Of a stretch of 64,000 nt of DNA, positions 18,041-26,569 are shown piece after piece. The translations under genes were made by a program, and so were the position numbers. The notes below the pieces were generated by a model. The model was not told where the DNA came from and searched no databases. It saw only the letters and a program-made list of their open reading frames with translations. Position 1 is the stretch's first letter. The number at the start of each line of letters is the position of its first letter. Source of the DNA: an uncultured delta proteobacterium (lineage in GTDB: Bacteria; Myxococcota; UBA727; VGSZ01). The stretch is taken from assembly GCA_963775425.1 (NCBI GenBank), contig CAVZJB010000007.1, forward strand, positions 272,613 to 336,612. Reading direction: 5' to 3'.

Positions 18041-19537
18041 ATGCAGTCCCGGCTCGACGCTCTCATCGAGCAGCTTCACGTGCAGAAGGCCGACGCGCTT
18101 CTGATCGAGGCGGGCAACAGCTTGTTCCTCGTCCGCGGCGCCGAGACCCTGCCGCTGTTGAACGCCAAGCTCACCAACGAGCACGTCCAGGAGCTGCTGC
18201 GCGACTCGGCGCCGCCGGACGCGCGCATCTCCATCGAGAAGCGGGAGGCCGTGGAGTTCGACTACGTGAGCCCGTCGGGCCCGGTGCACGTCGAGCTCAA
18301 GACGATGGACGACAGGACCTTCGCGCGGCTCACCCCCACGACGTTCCGTGACTCCATCGACGCCTTCAGGGCGGACGGGAACCTGGCGCCGCCGTCGAGC
18401 AGCATCGACGACAACAGCGGCGTCGTGGAGCTGCCGCCCGTGCCGGGCGCCGGGCCGCGGCCGGCCCTCGAGCCGTGGTTCGAGATCTTCCTCGCCACGC
18501 GCAGCTCGGACCTGCACCTGACGCCGGGCCTGCCCGCGATGGTGAGGTCGTTCGACGGTGACATCCAGGAGCAGCCCGAGATCCCCGTCGTGGGGCCGTA
18601 CGAGCTCGAGCAGATGCTCCTCGAGATCATGCCGCCCCAGAGCCGCGAGGAGTGGCTGTCCATGCGCGACACCGACTTCGCGTACGACCTGCAAAACGCC
18701 CGGCTGCGCGTGAACGTCTTCTACGACCTGCGCGGGCCGTGCGCGACGTTCCGCAAGATCCCCGGCGACATCATGACCGTCGCCGAGCTCGGCCTGCCGC
18801 CGGCCGTCGTCGATCTGTGCCGCTTGAAGAAGGGGCTCGTGCTCGTCACCGGGCCGACGGGCTCGGGCAAGTCGACGACGCTCGCGGCGATGATCGACTG
18901 GATCAACGAAAACCGCGCCGACCACATCATCACCATCGAAGACCCCATCGAGTTCGTGCACACGCAGAAGCGCTGCCTCATCCACCAGCGCCAGGTGGGC
19001 GTGCACACGCGGAGCTTCACGCGCGCGCTCCGGGCGGCGCTGCGCGAAGACCCCGACATCATCCTCATCGGAGAGATGCGCGACCTCGAGACCATCGCCA
19101 TCGCCATCGAGATGGCGGAGACCGGCCACCTCGTGTTCGGCACGCTGCACACCACCACCGCCGCCACCACCGTCGACCGCATCGTCGACCAGTTCCAGGC
19201 GGACAAGCAGGAGCAGGTGCGGCAGATGCTCGCCGAGTCGCTCAAGGGCGTCGTCTCGCAGACGCTCTGCAAGCGCACCGACGGCGGCCGCGTGCTCGCG
19301 CTGGAAATTCTCCTCGTCACCACCGCGGTCTCGAACATGATCCGCGAGAAGAAGACGTTCCAGATCCCGAGCGTGGTCCAGACCTCGCGGGGCGCGGGCA
19401 TGCGCCTGTTGAACGACTCGCTCCTCGAGCTCGCCAAAAGCGGCGTCATCGACGCGCAAGAGGCCATCGATCGCGCCATCGATAAGGCGGCCATCAAGCG
19501 CGACCTCACCGCCGCGCAGCTCCTCAAGGCCGGGTAG
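18041..19537 (+). CDS. pilT: PilT/PilU-family type IV pilus retraction ATPase with an extra N-terminal domain
   Basis: SDLHL, GPTGSGKSTT, ITIEDPIE, LREDPDIILIGEMRD, TGHLVFGTLHT, AVSNMIRE (AIRNLIRE-like). Confidence 0.9.
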   Translation: MQSRLDALIEQLHVQKADALLIEAGNSLFLVRGAETLPLLNAKLTNEHVQELLRDSAPPDARISIEKREAVEFDYVSPSGPVHVELKTMDDRTFARLTPTTFRDSIDAFRADGNLAPPSSSIDDNSGVVELPPVPGAGPRPALEPWFEIFLATRSSDLHLTPGLPAMVRSFDGDIQEQPEIPVVGPYELEQMLLEIMPPQSREEWLSMRDTDFAYDLQNARLRVNVFYDLRGPCATFRKIPGDIMTVAELGLPPAVVDLCRLKKGLVLVTGPTGSGKSTTLAAMIDWINENRADHIITIEDPIEFVHTQKRCLIHQRQVGVHTRSFTRALRAALREDPDIILIGEMRDLETIAIAIEMAETGHLVFGTLHTTTAATTVDRIVDQFQADKQEQVRQMLAESLKGVVSQTLCKRTDGGRVLALEILLVTTAVSNMIREKKTFQIPSVVQTSRGAGMRLLNDSLLELAKSGVIDAQEAIDRAIDKAAIKRDLTAAQLLKAG

Positions 19538-19595
19538 GGCCACGCGGGGGCCGAGAGCGGATGGCCTCGGACGCTCGCTGCGCTAGGGTGCCACC

Positions 19596-19928
19596 GTGAC
19601 CTGTGAGGAGACGCTCGAGGCTCTGCTGCCGGCGCTTTTGCGACGGAGCCCCGGGGCCGTGGGCGAGGGCGCGGTGCTGCAGATCGTGGTGCCCGACGTC
19701 GCCGGCTGCCGCTACCACTACACCTTCGCCGGCGGCGACGTCGCCGTGCAAAAGGGCGTCTCCGACCGCGTCGACCTCACGCTGTCCCTGGTGAGCGCCG
19801 ACCTCGCGCGCCTCTTCGAGGGCGCGCTCGACGTCGAGCACGCCGTGCGCACGCGGCGCATGAAGGTCATGGGCGACGAGTCGCTCCTGCTCGCGCTGTC
19901 CGACGCCGTCGCGGGGAGACAGCCGTGA
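19596..19928 (+). CDS. SCP2 sterol/lipid-binding domain protein
   Basis: DLTLSL..ADL..LF.G.LD...A....RMKVMGD pattern; 110 aa. Confidence 0.8.
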   Translation: MTCEETLEALLPALLRRSPGAVGEGAVLQIVVPDVAGCRYHYTFAGGDVAVQKGVSDRVDLTLSLVSADLARLFEGALDVEHAVRTRRMKVMGDESLLLALSDAVAGRQP

Positions 19929-22174
19929 GCGTTCGCCGGCTCACCGCCCCTCACGTGAAGCCGTCGACGGCGCCGGTGACCGCCGCCGAGCTGCGCCGGG
20001 CGGCGCGCGCGCTGCGGGAAGATCCGGCCGCGCGCGCCACGGACCCTGCGACGTCGGGCGCGCGCGCGTCGACGTCGACGGGGCCCGCGCCCGTGCGGCG
20101 CGAGGACCTGCGGGCGCTCAGGGGGCTCGTGACCCAATACGGGGCCGTCCACGACGTCGACGTCGCCGCCGTCGCCGCCAAGATGGGCGAGGCCGCCGGC
20201 GCCAACCTCGCCGCGCTGTACGCGGCCGTGAAGAAGCTGAAGGCGCAGGGCGCGCTGACCTCGCCGTGGCGCGCGCAGACGGTGACCGACACCGCCGTGC
20301 AGCAGCTCTCCCGGGCGACGCTGTCGCCGCGTGTCACGCGCCACGTGCAGAAGCTCGCGCGCCTCGAGCTCCTCAAGCTGTTCGCCGACCCCGTGAAGGA
20401 CGCCGCGCTGCACGAGGTGCTGCTCGGCGACCTCAAGAAGAGCTTCCGCGTGCCCGAGCGCGCGCTGCGCGAGCACGAGGTCCCGCCCGACATCCCGCTG
20501 CGCGAACGAAACGCGCGGGCGCAAAACGCGCTGCTCGCGCTGCTGTTCGACCCGGGCCTGCCCGCCGAGCTCAAGCGCGCCGCCGTCGACAAGCTCGCCG
20601 TGTGCGGCAACAAGGACGCGCTGCCGACGCTGGCGTCGCTCGCAAAGGCCGAGCCCGCCCTCGCCGGCGCCGTGAAGACCACCACCAAGGCCATCGAGAA
20701 GGCCGGCAAGATGACGCTGGTCTTCTGCTCCATGGAGGTGGCGCCGTACGCCTTCGCCGGCGGCCTCGGCAACGTGATGGACGAGCTGCCCCAGGCGCTC
20801 GCGCGGCTCGGTCACCGGGTCATCGTGGTGTCGCCGCGACACGCCATCATCGACAGGAGCACGCTCGAGGACAGCGGCAAGCGCATCCGCGTGAGCCACC
20901 CCACGGGCGACGAGCCGGCGCAGCTCCTCAGGGACGACAAGGACGGCGTGGAGCACTGGTTCGTCGAGAACGGCAAGTTCTATTCGGACGGGCGTTACGG
21001 GCTCTACGGCGACGAGCACGGTCCCTACGGCGACGTCGCCGAGCGCTACGACTTCTTCTCCATGGCGATCCCCGAGGCGCTCAAGGCCATCCTCGGCGAC
21101 GAGCGCCCCGACATCGTGCAGCTCAACGACGCGCACACGGCGCCCGCCGCCGCCTACCTGAAGCGTGACGACGCCTTCGCCGACACCAAGACCGTCATGG
21201 CCGTTCACAACCTCGGCGGCGCGTACCAGGGAAAGTTCGGCGCCGAGGTGCTGCCGCGCCTCGGCTTCAAGGACTTCGGCTTGTCGTATCCGACGGGCCC
21301 GGCGGAGTTCTACGGCGGCACCAACTTCCTGAAGCTCGGGCTCGCCACCGCCGACGCCGCCGTCACCGTGAGCCGGCAGTACATGCGCGAGATCCTCGAC
21401 AAGGAGCACGGCGAGGGGCTCGAGGGCGTGCTGCGCCTCCTGTACGCCGAGGAGCGGCTGTGGGGGAACCTGAACGGCATCGACACGAAGTCGTGGGATC
21501 CGTCGACGGACCCGGCGCTGCCGGCCCCGTACAGCTTCGCCGATCAGGCCGGCAAGGCCGCGTGCAAGAGCGCGCTTCAGGCGCGCTACGGGCTGCCGCA
21601 GCGCGCGGACACGCCCCTGGTGGGGGCGGTCAGCCGCATCACCGACCAAAAGGGCATCGACGACATCGTCGCCACCGTCGAGCGCCGCATGACGGCCGGC
21701 GAGGACGTGCAGTTCGTCGTGTGCGGCACCGGCGACGCGGCCCTGTGCGCGCAGCTCGCGGACCTCGCCAAGCGCTACCCGGACAACGTGGCCTTCGACG
21801 GCGCGTTCGCCAAGGACAAGGAGCGCAAGATCATCGCCGGCGCCGATCTGTTCTTGATGCCGTCGCGCTTCGAGCCCTGCGGGCTGCCCCAGATGTACGC
21901 CATGCGCTACCTCACCGTGCCGGTGGTGCGCGCCGTGGGCGGCCTTGAGGAGAGCGTGCAGCCGTACGACGCGCTCGAGCAGACCGGCACCGGCTTCAAG
22001 TTCGGCGGCGCTCGCGGCGGCGGCGTCGACGACGGCCTCGACGCAGCTCTCGCGTGGTACCGGCAGGGGGACGGCGCGCGCGCGGCCCTCATCCGCAACT
22101 GCGCGCTCGCGGACTTCTCCTGGGAAACGACGTCGGCGGCGGAGCAGGTCGCGTTCTTCCGGACGCTGACTTGA
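19925..22174 (+). CDS. glgA: Glycogen/starch synthase (GT5)-like enzyme with a roughly 260-aa N-terminal extension
   Basis: EVAPY..AGGLGNV..LPQAL, TVS..Y..EI, NGID...WDP, SRITDQKG, MPSRFEPCGL.QMYAMRY; GTGA overlap with the SCP2 gene. Confidence 0.82.
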   Translation: MSVRRLTAPHVKPSTAPVTAAELRRAARALREDPAARATDPATSGARASTSTGPAPVRREDLRALRGLVTQYGAVHDVDVAAVAAKMGEAAGANLAALYAAVKKLKAQGALTSPWRAQTVTDTAVQQLSRATLSPRVTRHVQKLARLELLKLFADPVKDAALHEVLLGDLKKSFRVPERALREHEVPPDIPLRERNARAQNALLALLFDPGLPAELKRAAVDKLAVCGNKDALPTLASLAKAEPALAGAVKTTTKAIEKAGKMTLVFCSMEVAPYAFAGGLGNVMDELPQALARLGHRVIVVSPRHAIIDRSTLEDSGKRIRVSHPTGDEPAQLLRDDKDGVEHWFVENGKFYSDGRYGLYGDEHGPYGDVAERYDFFSMAIPEALKAILGDERPDIVQLNDAHTAPAAAYLKRDDAFADTKTVMAVHNLGGAYQGKFGAEVLPRLGFKDFGLSYPTGPAEFYGGTNFLKLGLATADAAVTVSRQYMREILDKEHGEGLEGVLRLLYAEERLWGNLNGIDTKSWDPSTDPALPAPYSFADQAGKAACKSALQARYGLPQRADTPLVGAVSRITDQKGIDDIVATVERRMTAGEDVQFVVCGTGDAALCAQLADLAKRYPDNVAFDGAFAKDKERKIIAGADLFLMPSRFEPCGLPQMYAMRYLTVPVVRAVGGLEESVQPYDALEQTGTGFKFGGARGGGVDDGLDAALAWYRQGDGARAALIRNCALADFSWETTSAAEQVAFFRTLT

Positions 22175-22199
22175 GCGGCGTTACGACATTCACAGCGGC

Positions 22200-22500
22200 A
22201 CAGCGTTCGTCGTCGACAACGACGTCGTGCCCCGCCGCGATTGTCTACGCCGCGCGCCTTCGGCGCCTCTCCCGCATCGGGGCGACGGCCGCCGCCGATG
22301 GATCACGTTGCGTCGCCCTTTGCGCTCAGCGGCGTTCAGACATTCACGACGTCGTGCCCCGCCGTTCTCGCATCGGGGCGACGGCCGGCGCACACGGCAC
22401 GCACGGCATCGAGACGTAGGGCGTTTCCGACGCGGGGGACGAGCCCCCGCCCTACGGGGCGGCGACGCAGCCGACGTCAAGCCCCGCCGGGCCGACGTCG
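22200..22500. repeat. Rearranged second copy of the 17.3-18.0 kb repeat mosaic
   Basis: Shares GACGTCGTGCCCCGCCGCGA, CGCCGATGGATCAC..TTGCGCTCAGCGGCGT and GCATCGAGACGTAGGGCG..GCCCCCGCCCTACGGGGCG..GCAGCCGACGTCAAGCCCCGCCGG blocks. Confidence 0.8.
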
Positions 22501-22515
22501 CGAATGGCAAACGGG

Positions 22516-23328
22516 CTAGTACGCGGCGTTTTCGAGGATGAGCTTCATGCGCACGAGGGCCAGCGTGCCGTTGGTGGGCGCGACGCGGACGGCCTGGACG
22601 CCGCCGCCGGGGACGAGGCAGTCGGCGAGGTCGACGTCGACGACGTGGACGGTCCAGTCGTTGCTCATGGTGACGCCGGTGACGCCGCAGCCGTTCAAGG
22701 GGTTGTAGACGTCGAAGGTCACCGGCGACGACACCTCGCGCGCGCGCCCCTCGAGGCGCACCACGGCGCGGTCGTAGGACTGCAGCGAGCTCAGGCCGAC
22801 CATGAGCTGGAGCTCGCCGTCGAGCTCCAGGCTGGTGCCGATGGGATCGTCGACGACCTGCATGTTGTTGAAGCGGTCCCAGGCCTCGGGATAGCTGGCG
22901 CCGTCGGCGGCCCACGAGGAGCCGGTGAAGCCCGGCGTCTGCGAAAAGGTGAACGCCGGCGACGTCGGCGTGAACGCGCTCGAGTAGTCGATCTGCAACC
23001 ACACGTTGCCCGCGCCGTCGCCCTCGCCCTCGCCCTCGCCCTCGCCCACGACGTCACCTTCGCCTTCGCCTTCGCCCACGACGTCGCCTTCGCCCTCGCC
23101 CTCGCCGGCGACGTCGCCTTCGCCTTCGCCCTCGCCCGCGACGTCACCCTCGCCCTCGCCCTCGTCCCCGACGACGACGCCGGCGCCGGCGCCGTCGCGG
23201 TCGTGCATCTCGCGCGCGCCCCAGAAGCCCATGGGCATGCAGCCCACGAGCCCGAGGAGGCACAACCCGCCCAGCGCGCGCCACGGGGACGGGCCAAAGA
23301 CCGGATGAGCGGAGGCGGGGACGAGCAT
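22516..23328 (-). CDS. Hypothetical lipoprotein with Gly-Glu repeat linker
   Basis: Lipobox LVGC; repeated GEGEGEGDV[AV]; C-terminal beta domain; start uncertain. Confidence 0.7.
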   Translation of the reverse strand: MLVPASAHPVFGPSPWRALGGLCLLGLVGCMPMGFWGAREMHDRDGAGAGVVVGDEGEGEGDVAGEGEGEGDVAGEGEGEGDVVGEGEGEGDVVGEGEGEGEGDGAGNVWLQIDYSSAFTPTSPAFTFSQTPGFTGSSWAADGASYPEAWDRFNNMQVVDDPIGTSLELDGELQLMVGLSSLQSYDRAVVRLEGRAREVSSPVTFDVYNPLNGCGVTGVTMSNDWTVHVVDVDLADCLVPGGGVQAVRVAPTNGTLALVRMKLILENAAY

Positions 23329-23386
23329 CGAGCGCGGCTTGTGCCCCGGCGGCGCCGGACACAAAAGACACGGAGGTGTGCAGCGG

Positions 23387-24835
23387 TCACACGCCCGCGT
23401 CGACGGCCGCCCTCTCGAGGAGCCGCTTTTGCACCTTGCCCATGGCGTTTCGCGGCAGGGCGTCGACGACGAGGACGCCGCGAGGGACCTTGGCCGACTG
23501 CAGCGTCACGTGGCCCTGGATGCGCGCGAGCAGCTCCGGCGGCGGCAGGCCCCCAAGCGGCGGATCGAGGACCACGCAGGCGACCACGCGCTGGCCCCAC
23601 TCGCGGTCGGGGACGCCGACCACGGCGCACTCGCGCACGCCCGCGAGGGTCTGGAGCTTCTCCTCGATCTCGCGCGTGGAGATCTTGTAGCCGCCGACCT
23701 TCAGGATGTCCGTGGAGATGCGGCCGGCGACGGTGACGTACCCGTCGGCGTCGACGGTGACGAGGTCACCGGTCTTGAGCCAGCCGCCGTCGGCGAGCGC
23801 GGCGCGCGGCGCGTCGTCGTTGCGCCAGTACCCGCGCATGACGCCGGGCCCGCGGATCTGCAGCTCGCCGTCGACGACGCGCATCGACACGCCCGGGACG
23901 GGCTTGCCCACGGTGCCCGCCTTGCGCTCGCCGCGCACGGGGTTCGACAGCGTGATGAGCGTCTCGCTCATGCCGTAGCGCTCGACGATGCGGTGACCGG
24001 TCTTGCGCTCGAAGTCCTCGAGGTCCGCCGCCGGCAGCGGCGCCGACCCCGACGTGAACAGCCGCGCCTTGGCGAGCACGGCGCCGTCGTCGGGGTGCGC
24101 GTCGAGGTGGTCGAGGAGCCGGCGGTACATCGTGGGCACGCCCATGAACACCGTGCCCCCGCGGGCGACGGCGTCGACGACCGCGGACGGCGAGAACTTC
24201 GGCAAGAGCCGCGTGCGCGCGCCCTTGATGAGCGCGCCGTGGAGGGCGACGCACAGGCCGTGGACGTGAAAAAGCGGCAGCGCGTGCACGACCTCGTCGT
24301 CACTCGTGATCTCCCAGAGCGTGGCGAGCGCGTCCACGGCGCCGACGACGTTGGCGAACGAGAGCGTGCAGCCCTTGCTCTTGCCGGTGGTGCCCGAGGT
24401 GTAGATGAGCAGCGCCACGTCGCCGTCCGCCGGCAGACCCGCGGCCCCGTCGGGGGCGCCATCGCGGGTCTCCGGGCCGGCGGCGAGGGCGGCGGCGGGG
24501 CCGGCGGCGAGGGCGGCGGCGTCGAGGACGAGGCGGGCGCCGCTGTCGCCGACGACGTGGGCGCGCTCCTCGGCGCCGTAGCCGGGGTTCACCGGGACGT
24601 GGACGAAGCCCGCGCGGTGGTTGGCCAGGGCGGCGACCACGACGGCGACGCTGTTGTCCGCGCACACGGCCACGCGGTCGCCCGGGGCGGCTCCCTGCGC
24701 CGCCAGGGAGGCCGCCAGGGCGCGTGAGGCGTCGTCGAGCTCCTTCCACGTGACGGCGGAGTCACCGTGGCGGAGCGCCGGCGCCGCGGATCGACCGATA
24801 ACGTGATGCAGGAGTTGACGCGACGCAGCGTGCAC
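23387..24835 (-). CDS. AMP-forming acyl-CoA synthetase (MatB/malonyl-CoA synthetase-like)
   Basis: IYTSGTTGKSKG, LPLFHVHGL, ERYGMSET, WLKTGD, LPRNAMGKVQK. Confidence 0.9.
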   Translation of the reverse strand: MHAASRQLLHHVIGRSAAPALRHGDSAVTWKELDDASRALAASLAAQGAAPGDRVAVCADNSVAVVVAALANHRAGFVHVPVNPGYGAEERAHVVGDSGARLVLDAAALAAGPAAALAAGPETRDGAPDGAAGLPADGDVALLIYTSGTTGKSKGCTLSFANVVGAVDALATLWEITSDDEVVHALPLFHVHGLCVALHGALIKGARTRLLPKFSPSAVVDAVARGGTVFMGVPTMYRRLLDHLDAHPDDGAVLAKARLFTSGSAPLPAADLEDFERKTGHRIVERYGMSETLITLSNPVRGERKAGTVGKPVPGVSMRVVDGELQIRGPGVMRGYWRNDDAPRAALADGGWLKTGDLVTVDADGYVTVAGRISTDILKVGGYKISTREIEEKLQTLAGVRECAVVGVPDREWGQRVVACVVLDPPLGGLPPPELLARIQGHVTLQSAKVPRGVLVVDALPRNAMGKVQKRLLERAAVDAGV

Positions 24836-24873
24836 TTTCGAACCCCGGTGATACGAGACACCTCCCCGAGATC

Positions 24874-25377
24874 ATGACGAGCCTTCAGGATCAATACGCG
24901 CCGAGAAACGCTTGCTTCGGGTGCGGACCCGCGAACGAGCGAGGCTTGCGCATCAAGTCCTTCGTCGAGCACCGCGAGGACGGCGACGTCGTCGTGTGTA
25001 GCTGGACGCCGGAGAAGCACCACGAGGCCTTCGACGGCATGCTGAGCGGCGGCATCGCCGGCACGCTCCTCGACTGCCACTCCAACTGGGCCGCCGCCTG
25101 GCACCTCATGAACAAGCGCGGCGAGCGCACGCCGCCTTGCACGGTCACGGCTGAATTCCACGTGAAGCTCAAGCGCCCCACGCCCACCAACAACGGGCCG
25201 CTCAAGCTCACCGCGCGGGTGGTGGAGAGCACCGACGACAGCGCCACCGTCGAGGCCACGCTCGAGGCCCCGTACCCCGGAAGCGACGGCGGGCCCCCCA
25301 CGTTCAAGGTGACGTCGACCTGCCGCGGCGTCTTCGTCGCGGTGAAGGAGGGGCACCCGGCCTTTCATCGATGGTGA
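24874..25377 (+). CDS. PaaI-family hot-dog thioesterase
   Basis: CFGCG..N..GL, GGIAGTLLDCH, VTAEFHVKLKRPTP. Confidence 0.85.
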   Translation: MTSLQDQYAPRNACFGCGPANERGLRIKSFVEHREDGDVVVCSWTPEKHHEAFDGMLSGGIAGTLLDCHSNWAAAWHLMNKRGERTPPCTVTAEFHVKLKRPTPTNNGPLKLTARVVESTDDSATVEATLEAPYPGSDGGPPTFKVTSTCRGVFVAVKEGHPAFHRW

Positions 25378-25775
25378 TGCGCACGCTCTCCGGTGGTTGC
25401 CACTGCGGCGACGTCCGCTTCGAGGTCGACATCGACTTCGAGGTCACGCAGGTCGTCGACTGCAACTGCACCATCTGCAGGAAGAAGGGGACGCTGCACG
25501 CCATCGTCCCGCCCGCGCAGTTCCGCCTGCTGACGCCGGCGGAGGCGCTCAGCACCTACCGCTTCAACACCGGCGTCGCCGCGCACACCTTCTGCGCGCG
25601 CTGCGGGATCCACGCGTTCTACCGGCCGCGGAGCCACCCGGGGCACATCGATGTGAACGTTCGTTGCCTCGACGATGTGGATGTCTCAGCCCTCCCCATC
25701 CGGCCCTTCGACGGGCAGAATTGGGAGGCCAACGTCGCCTCTCTGCACGCCGCCGCCGCGGCGGAGGTCCCTTGA
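25377..25775 (+). CDS. GFA/CENP-V family Zn-binding protein
   Basis: GGCHCG.VRF, CNCTICRKKG, HTFCARCG, VNVRCL; TGATG overlap. Confidence 0.9.
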   Translation: MRTLSGGCHCGDVRFEVDIDFEVTQVVDCNCTICRKKGTLHAIVPPAQFRLLTPAEALSTYRFNTGVAAHTFCARCGIHAFYRPRSHPGHIDVNVRCLDDVDVSALPIRPFDGQNWEANVASLHAAAAAEVP

Positions 25776-26569
25776 AGCTGGAGCTGCACCGCTACCCGCG
25801 GACCCGTCACCTCGAGGGCAGCGCCGTGCAGCACGGCGACGAGGACATGGATCGCGTGCCGTTTTCGGCCATGGCGGACAAGCACCTCGTGGTGAGCGAG
25901 AAGGTGGACGGCGCCAACGCGGCCGTGTCGTTCACGTCGGGCGGGCGGCTGCTCCTGCAGAGCCGCAGCCGCTTCCTCGACGAGGTGCTCCTCGAAAATC
26001 GCGCCTTCGACGGCCCCTACGCGGGCTTTCGCGAGTGGGCGTGCGAGCACGAAGACGTGCTGTGGCCGGTGCTGCGCGACCGCTACGTGATGTTCGGCGA
26101 GTGGGTGCTGGCGAAGCAGGCGGTGTTCTACGACGCGCTGCCGAACGCCTTCCTCGAGCTCGACGTCCTCGACAAGGAGACCGGGCTGTTCCTCTCGACG
26201 CCCGTGCGGCGCACCCTCCTGCGGCGGCTGCCCATCGTGAGCGCGCCGCTCCTCGCCGAAGGCCGCTTCTCCACGCTCGACGAGGTGCGCAAGCTCATCG
26301 GGCCCTCGCGCTTCAAGACGCCGGGCTGGCGTGACGAGCTGTTGTGCGCCATCGCCGACGCCGAGGTCTCCGACAGCGAGCGCTTCGTGCGCGAGACCGA
26401 CCCGTCCGACGACATGGAGGGCGTGGTGCTCAAGGTCGAGGTCGACGGCGCCGTCGTCGAGCGCGCCAAGTTCGTGCGCGAGGGCTTCAAGTCCCCGTTC
26501 CTGCACTCGAGCTCGCAGTGGTTCGCCGCCCGCAAGGTGCGCAACCGCATCGCCGGGCTGTCCCCGTAG
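25772..26569 (+). CDS. ATP-dependent RNA ligase family protein (Rnl2-like nucleotidyltransferase)
   Basis: YPRT.HL, motif I EKVDGAN, FGEW, FLELDV, EGVVLK, AKFVR; TTG start overlapping the upstream TGA. Confidence 0.82.
   Translation: MKLELHRYPRTRHLEGSAVQHGDEDMDRVPFSAMADKHLVVSEKVDGANAAVSFTSGGRLLLQSRSRFLDEVLLENRAFDGPYAGFREWACEHEDVLWPVLRDRYVMFGEWVLAKQAVFYDALPNAFLELDVLDKETGLFLSTPVRRTLLRRLPIVSAPLLAEGRFSTLDEVRKLIGPSRFKTPGWRDELLCAIADAEVSDSERFVRETDPSDDMEGVVLKVEVDGAVVERAKFVREGFKSPFLHSSSQWFAARKVRNRIAGLSP

Noticed and set aside
17325-18104. ORFs within the repeat mosaics (also 7719-8811 and 22190-22541)
   Set aside because: Translations of non-coding repeats with no codon bias or motifs
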